Part shown: positions 1 to 11,152 of the stretch, one piece after another
Position numbering within the stretch: the stretch's first letter is position 1
How the letters are laid out: each line of letters opens with the position of its first letter
Source: the human T2T-CHM13v2.0 reference genome, Homo sapiens
DNA length: 64,000 nt
Strand: one strand, 5' to 3'
NCBI RefSeq assembly: GCF_009914755.1
Contig: NC_060939.1
Made by a program: the position numbers and the translations under genes
Notes under the pieces: model-generated
Told to the model about the DNA's origin: nothing
Seen by the model: only the letters and a program-made list of their open reading frames with translations
The model's database searches: none

Positions 1-1587
1 AAAAATCTAGATCTTGGGTTTGGTGATGACTTTTAGATACGGCACCAAAGGTACCAACCATGAAGAAAAGAACTGATAAGCCAGACTTCATTAAAATTGT
101 CTACTTGTTTCTTAAAAATTGTTGTCTTTTGCAAAAGACAATGTCAAGAGTATGAAAAGACAAGCCACAGATAGGGAGGAAATATTTACATAAGACACAT
201 CTGATAAAGAACTATTAACTAAAATGTGTAAGGAGGCTGGGTGTGGTGGCTCACATCCCAGCACTTTGGGAGGCCAAGGTGGGTGGATCACCTGAGGTCA
301 GGAGGTCGAGACCAGCCTGGCTAACATAGTGAAACCCCGTGTCTACTAAAAATACAAAAATTAGCCAGGTGTGGTGGTGCACGGGTATAATCCCAGCTAC
401 TCGGGAGGCTGACGCAGGAGAATCACTTGAACCCAGGTGGCAGAGGTTGCAGGGAGCCAAGACTGTGCCACTGTACTGCAACCTGGGTGACAGAGCGAGG
501 CTCTGTCTCAATAGACAGACAGACAGACAGACAAGACAGACAGAGACAGTGTAAGGAACTCTTAAAATTCCACAAGAAAACAAACAACCCAATTAAAAAA
601 TTGGCCAACAACCTTAACAGACACCTCACCAAAGATATACAGATGGCAATTCAGCATATGAAAAGATGTCCCACACATCATATGGCATCAGAGAAACACA
701 AATTAAAATTATAAGATACCTCTACACACCTATCAGAATGGACAAAATTCAGAACACTGATAACACCAAATACTGGTGAAGATGTAGAGCAAAAGAAACA
801 CTCACTCATTGCTGGTGAAAAATGTAAAAGGATAGCGTCATATTAGAAGACAGTTTGGATGTTTCCTACAAAACTAAACACTTTTACCATAAGATCCAGC
901 AATTGCACTCCCTAGTATTTACAGAAAGTCACTGAAAACCTAAGTCCACACAAAAACCTGCACACCGATATCTACAGCAGTTTTATTCATAATTAGCAAA
1001 ATGTGGAAGCAACCACAATGTCCTTCATTAGGTGAATATTCATTCACAAACTGTGATATGTCCAGAAAATGGAAAAAGAGAGGTACTAACAACCTATGAA
1101 AAGACATGGAAGAAACTTTAATGCATATTAGTAAGTAAAAATAGTCAAGCTGAAAGGGCTATATACTGTATGATTACAAGTATATAATATGCTGGAAAAG
1201 GCAAAGTTAGAGACACAGTAAAAGGATCGGTGATTGCCAAGGAGTGGGAGGGAAGGAAAGATAAATAGGCAGAACACAGAGGATTTTGGGGCAGTGAAAA
1301 CATTCTGTATGATATAATGGTAGATACATGTCATTGTACTTTGTTCAAAGCCACAGAACGTACAGCACTAAGAATGATCCCTAATATAAACTACGGACTT
1401 TGGGTAATTATGATGTATCAATATAGGTTCATCAGAAAGACATGTACCACTCTGGTGGGAGATGCACACTGGCTATGAGAGAATCTATACATGTGTGTGG
1501 AAGGAGGTACAGGGGAAATCTCTGTACCTTCCTCTCAATTCTGTGAACCTAGAACTCCTGTAAAAAAAAAAAAAATCTAAAAAAAAA
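1..1587 (+). mobile_element. Old L1 (L1MC-like) ORF2 end and 3'UTR, interrupted by an Alu
   Basis: Degenerate L1 ORF2 motifs (aaaagacaagccacaga, gatccagcaattgcactcc), L1MC-type 3'UTR, A-tail 1561-1587. Confidence 0.85.
235..548 (+). mobile_element. AluS with (AGAC)n tail
   Basis: Full dimer; TSD GTGTAAGGA at 226-234 and 549-557. Confidence 0.95.
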
Positions 1588-2128
1588 TAGAATACATATG
1601 ATCCAGTAATCCTACACCTGGGTATACTTCCAAATATATTAAAAACAGGTTCTCAAAAAAATATTTGTACACCCATGTTTATTTCAACATTACAATATTC
1701 AAGAAGTGGAAGGAACCTAAACATCCATCAACAAATGGTTAAAGAAAATGTGGTATACATATATAACAAAATGTTATTCAGCCTAAAAGAAAAGAAAGAA
1801 ATTCTGTAATATGCTACAACACAAATGAACCTTGAGGACATTGCTATGTGAAATAGGCCAGTCAACAAAAGACAAATACTTAATGATTCCACTGACATGA
1901 AGTAGCCAAAACAGTCAAATTTTAGAGGCAAAAAGTAGAATGGCATTTGCCAAGGAATAGGAAGAAGGGGGAAAAGAAGAGTTGTTCAATGAATGTAGAG
2001 TTTCTGTTTTACAAGATGAAAAAGTTCTAGAGATCTGCTGCACAACAATGTGCACAGTTACCACAATTGTACCGTACACTTCAAATCATTAATATGGTAA
2101 AATGTGTTGTTTTTGACAATTTTTAAAA
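1588..2128 (+). mobile_element. L1MB-like 3' fragment
   Basis: atatgatccagtaatcc...gatgaaaaagttctagagatctgctgcacaacaatg. Confidence 0.8.
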
Positions 2129-5100
2129 CTCTACCCCATTGTTTTCTTTACCTCTTATATAAACTGATAAAAACCTGTTTTATCTTAATCAATTATTGTA
2201 TGACTACTGCTCCCCAGAGAAAAAAGTACATGTGAAATACTACTACTTATCCATCTCCTGGCTCTGAGCAGTACATGTCAGGAACAAGAGGGAATTGTAG
2301 CTGGAAGACAGTAGAAGAGCCATAGGACAAGTCTCTAACAGAAGGAAGAAAAGGCGCAATGAAAGAAAACAAGTTTAAGATAGTAGAAAAGCATTCAAAG
2401 ACGGCAACCTGAGGTAAGGTGTTTTCACCGAAGCTTTTGGGGTAAAACAGTTTTGAGTTGGCATGCCTGTAGACATGGGAAGCAGCAGTGATGCAGAGGT
2501 GAACATTACTGTAGATAAAAACGGATGGGAATTTGACTTGCTAGGGACTGAGGGGTTAATCATATAAATAAAGATGGCAGCAGATTTGGGAAAGAGTGAA
2601 GAAGAATAAGTTCAGGTAGCAGTCCTCAAAAACCGAGAAGAAACTGATAGCTCACTGAAGGCAGACAGAGGAAGACAAAACCAGAAGGCATAAGCTTCAA
2701 AGGAGCAGGGATTTTTATGCTGAGAGAGTAAAAGGAATAGTTCAAAGCAGCAGTGGAGAACACGAATAACGTTCCATGTGGGAAAAGAACATGTCCAGAG
2801 CTTACTGTACCTATAACCTAGCTTCTGTAACTGGAAATGAAGAATCTGCTCTAGTCAGGTCATCACTTTTCACTACTTATTTTACTTGGCCTTCCTAAGA
2901 AATATAGACCTTTTGGAAATTATTGACTTTTGGGTCTAGGACACTATTTCTTGGTTTCCTCCCTTCTCTCTGGCTGTTTTTCAGAGACTTCCCTTCCAAA
3001 TCTAGAGACATTTGTATTCTCCAGGGATCAGCTATTAGATACTTTCCCTTTTAAATTTCCCTTTGGACAGTTTCATCTTTCAAGGATTGAGCAATAACTA
3101 AATGACTTCCAAATGTCTACTTCAGTATAAATTCTGCTTGTCAGGCTACATAAAAAGGGCTCTTCAAGGAATTATGATGTCTAAAGAAAGAGAAAGCCAC
3201 GATTTCAATATCACAGAGATGACTACAGAGGAATAGCAATAAAAAGAGAGGCAACTTAGGAGAGGTGAATCACAAAAGATGACTAGGAGCTGATGACACT
3301 ATGGGTGGGAAGAATGTTTCAGACAGGGGAAGAATGTTTCAGATAGAGGAAAATGAGTAAAAGCACAGGGGCCTGAAAACATGATATTATAAGACAATTC
3401 CAAGCACTTCAAGAGCCTAAAGTTCAAGAAAAGTTTCAAAAATATGAAAATGGAGAGGCAGGGAAAAGCCAGATCATGGAAGACCTCAATAGCCATGATA
3501 AGTAATTCTTTTTTTAGCCAAAAGAGGAGTAATCTAATAAAAGCTAAAGATCTTCTCCTCATAAAAATACATGCACACTTCAGGAGTGCAAATGCACTCT
3601 TCCGGAAGATTCGTAACCCACTACATTCATAAACCATTAGATAAGAACTAAAACACAAGGAGTCACTGAAGGGTTTTAAGCAGGTAAGTGACTGACAAAA
3701 TTTGCCTTTTCAATAACTGAAACCAAAGTGGGCAAAACTGGAGGCAAGCAATCCAGTTAGGTAATGACTACTGTAATAGTCCAGACAAATAATGTAGCAG
3801 TAGGAAGAAAAAAAAAGATGAAATTGACCCAGGAAATATTTAAAATAAGTAGTTTGTAAGAGGTAAATAAGCTGGAAGAGCTAGAGGTAATGGGTAGGGT
3901 TTCTGGTATGGGCAACAAGATATGCTACAAGCTGAGATGTTAGTAAAAACAAGCGTTCATCAGCATTTAGTAAGTGATTTATTTATATTATATCACTGAA
4001 TACTCAATTATGTTAAGAGGCAGACAGCAGTTAAAAAACAAAGAACTCGGTGAATCAAAAAGTTCTGCTAATTTGGGGAAATAGCATCCCTTTTATTTTT
4101 GTTAATCTCTTTTGGGTTTGATCCTCATTTATAGCTGACAAGAAGTTCTATGTACTAAAGGTAAACTATTCTCATTAATGTTCCCAAAAATCTCTTGGAA
4201 TAATTAAGATATAAAGAAATTCAAAATTCACATGATTATAAAAATCTTTCCTTAGATAATCTCATAATATAGCCATGTTTTGCTCATTCTACTTTGAGAA
4301 GATTCAGCCAGAAACAGTTCATCCATTCAACTATCCCTACTGTGAACTAGAAGTATGTTTCCTTACATTTGAAACAGAAGATATAGGTTTATATGATGCT
4401 TCAGGTGGTAGAAAAGCAGGGCAGACTATGACTCGTGTCACTTCCTTCCACACGTGATGCCTTTCATGGGCTCCTGTGTCTGTCAGAAGAAAGCAAAGGG
4501 CCTTAGCGTGCTCCTGGCTTTCTACATCCAAATGCATTTTTTCACACCTTCTCCCATCAGCTAACTCTACATTACTGCAATACGGAACTTCTTACTACTC
4601 AGTGGACTTGTTCTGCTGTCTTCTCTGATTCCAGGTGTTATTCTTCCTGCCTAGAACACTATGATTCTTAGCTATTCCCAAGCATCCTCAAGGTTTCAGC
4701 TTATATACCACTTTTAAGATAATTAGGTATTCTTCCTCTGTAGTCTCATACCAACCAGTACCTATTCTATTATATATAATAACTGCCTATTAATTAAATG
4801 GGAAGCTGAGGTATATGACCTAATAACTTATTTACTGTCGTATCCTCAGAACCTAGCAAATTACAGAGTCTCAACAGAGATTTTTCAATTTCTCTTCTGA
4901 TACTGTCTCGATAACAGTGTCAATTAAACCTTTCTCTAATTATTTGACCTTGAAGGGAAATAGATGTCAGACTACCTCCTGGTTTCGAGTATACTGGAAG
5001 CATACAAAAGGACCTTCTCAATCTGGAGACCAAGAATATGATATGAGAACCTATAGGAGAACCACTTATTTGATTAAAGAGATTTCTTTTACTTCAGAAA

Positions 5101-5449
5101 ATATTTCAGTATGTTACTTGACCCATAAATGCTTATAGATGTGTAAGTACACCGAAGAAGTCATATAGGAAATAAAAGCATCCAAGCTATATTTCTATGG
5201 TCTACTCTGATTAAAAAGCTCAGCTCTCCTATCAAATTCAAGATAATGCATGTGGATTATGGAGCACAGTCACTTGCTACATGGTAAATGCTCAAAAAGA
5301 TGATAGGTGGTATTACCCACATTCTACAGGCTGTGTACATACTTATCAGTTTATATATATACATAAACTGATCCTAAAAAATTCTTCCTACATTTCTGCA
5401 AGATAATTAAAAAGGCAGAAACAAACATTTTGCATAAATTTACTAGCTT

Positions 5450-6400
5450 CATTCTTTCATGTAGGAAGTAGTTACTGACTACCTACTGTATGCCAGGCAC
5501 TGTCATTAGGCTTCCATTCTAGTGGTAAAGAAGCAAAACAACAAAGAAATCAATATGCAAGAAGTCAAATGACATTAAATCCCATGAAGAAAAATGCAGC
5601 AAGTTAAGGGGAATGCAGAAGAACATGATCATTCTTTGATGCAGCCGGTCAGGAAAAGCATCATTTGAGCAGAGAGCTCTCTGAATCAAGTGAGGAAGGA
5701 AGCCACATGGATTATCACAGAGAAGGGTCACAGGGTCACAGACAATAGTTACAAGCCTTAAGATGACAAAGATACAGCCATTTTAGACAGAGATGAGCAA
5801 GTGTGGTAGAGAGATCACAGAAATGAAAGGAAGCCAGTTCACACAGGGCCATGTAAATCTCCAGATTTTACTTTTAAGATGGGAAGCCTCTGAAAAGTTC
5901 TGTGCATAGTAAATAACATGGTTTAACTCAGATTTTAAAAAGATCATTCCGGCTGCTACTAGAGAATACACTGTAAAGCACAAGACTCCTGGGAAACAAT
6001 TTCTTTCTTTTGCCAAAAGATGATGCCTTTAAACAGAGTAAACAGAAGTATAATGGTTAAAAAAAATAAAATGAATTATGGGTATTTTGAAGGTGTAGCC
6101 AACAAGATTTACCAATAATTTGAGTATGTGACATAGAGAAATTAAAAGATGCTTCCAAGGCTTCTGGCTGCACAGGAGGGGAAAAAAGCTGTTATTGACT
6201 GAGATGGCAAAATATTATGAGAGACGTAGGTTTGGGATGATGAAAATCAGGAGCTCCACTTAGGACAGGTTAAGTTTGAGAACCAGACTTAACTGTTGGA
6301 TAAATCAGTCTACAGTTCAGAGGGCAAGAGCTGACGATGGAAATAGAAGAGTTGTCAATAGACAGAGTCCTGGGGCATTTCTGACATTTACAGTAAACTG
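5450..6400 (-). mobile_element. L2 fragment
   Basis: Reverse L2 3' end (cctactgtatgccaggcactgt; gggaagcctctgaaaagtt; aagatcattccggctgct). Confidence 0.75.
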
Positions 6401-6543
6401 AGCATTTATTAAAACTAACTTGCTTTACTGAACCATAAATCACTTGTTGTATTTACCCCTGCTCCATTTATAGTTATACATCTGGAAACATAGCCTTAGT
6501 GTTAGAGGTAAAGAGTAAATACCAAACATAAAAAATCTGATCT

Positions 6544-6830
6544 GGTTGGGTGCGGTGGCTCAAGCCTGTAATCCCAGCGCTCTGGAAGGCCGAGGCAGGC
6601 AGATCACGAGGTCAGGAGTTCAAGACCAGCCTGGCCAATATGGTGAAACTCTGTCTCTACTAAAAATACAAAATTAGCCAGGCATGGTGGCACATGCCTG
6701 TAATCTCAGCTACTCGGGTGGCTGAGGCAGGAGAATTGCTTCATCCTGGGAGGCAGGGGTTGCAGTGAGCCAAATTGCGCCACTGCACTCCAGCCTGGGT
6801 GACAGAGCAAGATTCCATCTCAAAAAAAAA
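6544..6830 (+). mobile_element. AluS (Sg-like)
   Basis: Full Alu dimer with A-tail; AAAAATCTGA on both flanks. Confidence 0.95.
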
Positions 6831-6943
6831 ATCTGAAGTTACTGAGAAACTGGTATGAAATCATTAAGAAAACTAAGGTGTCTAAATTAATACATACAAA
6901 GAGATTCTACAACACGGTATTTATAAATTTAAACAAAATCCAT

Positions 6944-7278
6944 GGCCAGGCACGGTGGCTCACGTCTGTAGTCCCAGCACTTTGTGAGGCCAAGGCAGAA
7001 GGATTACTTTGGGGCCAAGAGTTCAAGACCAGCCTGGGCAACATAGTGAGACCCTGTCTCTACAAAAAACAAACAAACAAACAAAAACACTGTTTTAGCC
7101 TGGCATGGTGGCACATGCCTGTAGTCCCAGCTACTCAGGAGGCTGAGGCATGAGGATCACTTGAGCCCAGGAATTCAAAGTTGTAGTGAGCTCTGATCAC
7201 ACCACTGCACTCTAGCTGTATCACTTATGACAGAGCAAGACAATATCTCAAACAACAAGCAAACAAAACAAAAAACTA
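6944..7278 (+). mobile_element. AluJ with (CAAA)n linker and tail
   Basis: Diverged Alu dimer. Confidence 0.9.
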
Positions 7279-7678
7279 AAGTAAATCCAGGTAAAATAAA
7301 CATACGAATAAATGAAAAGATCTGGGTTATTGCATTAGTTCTGTTTCTAGGCTTAACTACAAAATGGTGTCCAGTTGTTAAAAACACTTGTTTAAGAGTA
7401 TTAATAATTTTTTTTTTTACTATGCTCTTCTACATCCTAGGAAATTGGCAACACTAAGAATTCCTAAAAACAAACAGGAGTGTTAACTGTATATAAATTA
7501 TTATTTAAGATGCATTCAAGGCGTTACTTAAAATATCAAATGCATGTCAAAGTACAAACAACAAAATCATGCTTCAACAAATGTGGGATGTTGCCATTAA
7601 TGGACAGTTAGCTCTGAGGTAAAACCAAGAATCCTTCATTACCTATTTTTGTAAATTAGGACAAATACTATTAAGGTA

Positions 7679-7701
7679 TTAGGTTGGTACAAAAGTAATT
7701 G
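7679..7701 (+). mobile_element. Solo Hsmar1/MADE1 terminal inverted repeat fragment
   Basis: TA followed by TTAGGTTGGTACAAAAGTAATTG (consensus TTAGGTTGGTGCAAAAGTAATTG, 1 mismatch). Confidence 0.7.
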
Positions 7702-8680
7702 AACAAACCTGGACCCACTCACCTCACTGAAAGTGCTGCCTGGCTACAGTTTCTAGATATAGGAATGTGAGAAATGGTAGCAGCCTTGAAGGTTTAGAGC
7801 TATATTCCCATACCAATTATGGCTAGAAACTTAAACAGCTCTATTGAGACATTATGGGAAGTCTAATTTCCTGTTACTCTACTTTAACACAGCCAAGTAA
7901 AACAGTAAGAAAGCTTGCTTAATTCAACAAGGACTGAGTGCCAGAGTGTCACCTGGAAACTTGTGACAAATAATCATGCCTCACACATTCATCCTTGGTT
8001 TTTACTACCAAATGCAAGCTTCATCTATCCTCTTCCATTCTAAACTTGACTCATCCTCCTAACCTCTTCCAGAAAGATCTCTAGAAACCCAGAGGCTTTC
8101 TGAAGACCCATAGGCTATCCCCCATCTTCAACTACTTTACATAATGGCCCCTCAACTTCTTAGCTTTCATGAAAGCCTGGCTCCTCCCCAAAGGCACTGC
8201 CTATCATGCAACCCTTTTATGTGACTCCTAAAACTCCTAAGTCCACCATTATTCTTCTAATTCCCTGTATTAAAAATAAACGGCAAAATTCCCTGTATTA
8301 AAAACAACAAAAAAACAGCTTGTAATTTGAAACTCATGTCATCTAACCGAATGCCTTCTCTTTCCCTCCCTGTTCTGGTCAATTAAACCCACATATTTAA
8401 GCCTCCACTTTGCCCCCAGTTACATCATCAGCAAAGTGACTTCAATGTCCCTGTACATGGTTCTATCCCAATACTCTAGGCCCCCAAAATATTTGCCTTT
8501 CTAAATTTGAGACATCTTCACCTCCTCATTTCAGCAAATCACTCCCTTGTCTTTGTTAGACATACTAAAACCTCTGACAATGATCATCTCAGCTATCTTT
8601 GTAAGAGTTTCACTCATACTCATATCTCCTTTCACCTGTCAAGACACCAGGTTTGGTGACAAATAAAAATGATACGTATT

Positions 8681-8828
8681 TGGGAGGCTGAGGCAGGAGA
8701 ATCATTTGAACCCAGGAAGCAGAGGATGCAGTGGCCAAGATCATGCTACTACACTCCAGCCTGGGTGACAAAGCAAGACTCTGTCTCAAAAAAAAAAAAA
8801 AAAAAAAAAACACAAAAAACAAAAAAAA
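8681..8828 (+). mobile_element. 5'-truncated Alu (right arm) inserted in the L1MA 3' end
   Basis: Right monomer with long A tail; TSD GATAC[G/A]TATTT. Confidence 0.9.
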
Positions 8829-9384
8829 GGATACATATTTATTGTATTCACATGATGTTCCAAAATATGTATACACTGTGGAATGGCTAGATCAAGCTAA
8901 TTAATACATGCAATACCTCACATACTTATATTTTATGGCAGAACATTTAAAATCTACTCTCAGTGATTTCCAAAAATACACTGTTATTAACTAGTTTCCA
9001 TGTTGTACAATAGATACCTTGAACAAATTCCTCTTAATTGAAATTTTGTGTCCTCTGACCAACACCTCTGCAACCCAGTCCACTCACCCCCAGCCCCTGG
9101 TAACCACCATTTTACATCCCTGAGTTAAGATTCCACATTTAAGAGAGATGTAGTATTTGCCTTTCTGTGGCTGGCTTACTTTCAACAATGCCCTCCAGGT
9201 TCATCCCTGCTGTCACAAATGACAGCATTTCCTCCTTTTTATGGCTGAAGTATATTCCACTGTGTATACATACCACATTTTCTTTATCCATGAACACTTA
9301 GGCTGATGCTGTATCATGGGTATTGCAAATGATACCGAAAGGAACATGGGAGTACAGATCTCTTCAGCGCACTGATTTTATTCT

Positions 9385-9390
<6 letters not shown>

Positions 9391-9424
<34 letters not shown>

Positions 9425-9432
9425 CATATATA
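9391..9432. repeat. (TA)n microsatellite
   Basis: Direct reading. Confidence 0.95.
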
Positions 9433-10164
9433 TCCAAGTGTGACTGCTGAATCATATGGTAGTTCTATTTTTTAATTTCTGAGCAAACGTCATGCTATTT
9501 TCCATAAATGCTGTACTAATTTACATTCCTGCCATGCGCAAGATATCTCTTGTCTGCAAATCCTCATCATACTTTAATAGCCATTCTAATGGCCATTTGT
9601 ATGTCTTATTTTGAGAAATGTCTATTCAAGTCCTTTGCCCATTTCTTAAGTGAGGTGCTTTCTTACTATTGAGATGTCTGAGTTCCTTATATATTTTGCA
9701 TATTAACCCCTTACCAGATATATGGTTTGGAAATACTATCTTCCATTCTGTGAGTTTTTTCATTCTGTAGATTTTTTCTTTTTGCCATGCAGAAGCTTTT
9801 TAGTTTGATGTGATCTCATTCATCAATTTTTATTTTTGTTGCCTGTGCTTCGAGGGGGTCATATCCAAAAAAATCACTGTCCAAACCAATGTCATGTACA
9901 TTTCTCCTATACTTTATTCTGGTAGTTCTACAGTTTCAGGTCTTATATTTAAGACCTTAATCCATTTTAACTTGAATTTGGTATATGATGTGAGATACAG
10001 GTCTGATTTCATTCTCATGCATGTAGATATTCCATTTTCCCAACACCACCTATTGAACAGACTTCCCTTTCCCCGCTGTGTTCTTTGCACCCTGTCCAAA
10101 ATCAACTGATAGTACACGAATTTATTTCTGTGCTCTCCATTCTGTTTTGTGGGTCGATGTGTCT

Positions 10165-10479
10165 GTTTTTTTGTTTCTTTTGTTTTTAAAAGACCGGGTC
10201 TCACGCTGTCATCCAGGCTGGAGTGCAGTGATGCAATCACAGTTCACTGCCACCTTAAGCTCCTGAGCTCAAGCAATCCTCCTTCTTCAGCCTCTCGGGT
10301 AGCTAGGACTACAGATACACAGCACCGCGCCTGGCTTTAAAATTTTTTTTTTTTTTTAATTTTAGAGACAGGGTCTCACTATGTTGCCCAGGCTGCTCTC
10401 GAACTCCTGGTTTCAAGTAATCCTTCTGCCTCAGTCTCCCAGAGTGTGGGAATACACGTGTGAGCAACTGTGCCTGGCC
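10165..10479 (-). mobile_element. AluJ
   Basis: Reverse-complement Alu dimer inside the L1. Confidence 0.9.
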
Positions 10480-10842
10480 TGTCTACTTCTATGTGACTAT
10501 CATGCTGTTATAATTACTGTAGCTTTGAACTATATTTTGAAATCAGATAGTGTGATGTCTCCAGCTTTGTTCTTTTCACTCATGACAGCTTTGGCTATTT
10601 AGGATCTTATGTGGTTCCATATAAATTTTAGCACTGTTTTCTAGTTCTGTGAAATTTAACATTGGAATTTTGATCAGGATTGCATTAAAACTGCAGATTG
10701 CTTTGGATAATAAAAACATTTTACAATATTAATTCTTCCAATCCATAAACACAAGATAACTTTCCATTATTTGTATCATCTTCAATTTCTTTAATCAATG
10801 TTACATAGTTTTCAACTCTTTGGTTAAAGTTATTTCTAAGTA

Positions 10843-11152
10843 CAATCATCCCTCGGTATCTGCAGGATATTGGTTCCAGGATCTCCTGTAGATACCAAAA
10901 TCCATGGATGCTCAAGTCCATTATATAAAATGGTATAGTATTTGCATACAACCTACACACATCCTCGTGTATACTTTAAATCATTACTTAGTACCTAATA
11001 CAACGTAAATGCTATGTAAATAGTTGCTATACTGTAGTTTCCTTATTGTATAAGAAAACAGTATTTTTATTGTTGTATTTTTTTCTCAAATATTTTCATC
11101 CAAATGTTGGTTCAATTTGCAAATGCAGAACCACTGATACTGGGAGCCACTG
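10843..11152 (+). mobile_element. MER2 (TcMar-Tigger MITE)
   Basis: TA then caatcatccctcggtatc...ttggttccaggat...gataccaaaatccatggatgctcaagtcc; degenerate right TIR. Confidence 0.85.

Noticed and set aside
251-714. Alu-derived ORFs (also 21874-22254, 38119-38460, 41948-42213, 43889-44107, 52093-52336)
   Set aside because: Typical translations of Alu sequence, not genes.
3308-3350. Short local duplications (3311-3350, 8259-8304, 26893-26935, 28972-29004, triplicated AACTGTACACTTAAAAA at 38729-38792)
   Set aside because: Ordinary slippage duplications inside decayed repeats; not CRISPR-like or functional arrays.
3681-3689. Isolated strong plus-strand donors (CAG|GTAAGT at 3681; AAG|GTAAGT at 27678)
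   Set aside because: No convincing paired acceptor was seen and both lie in old repeats; expected by chance.
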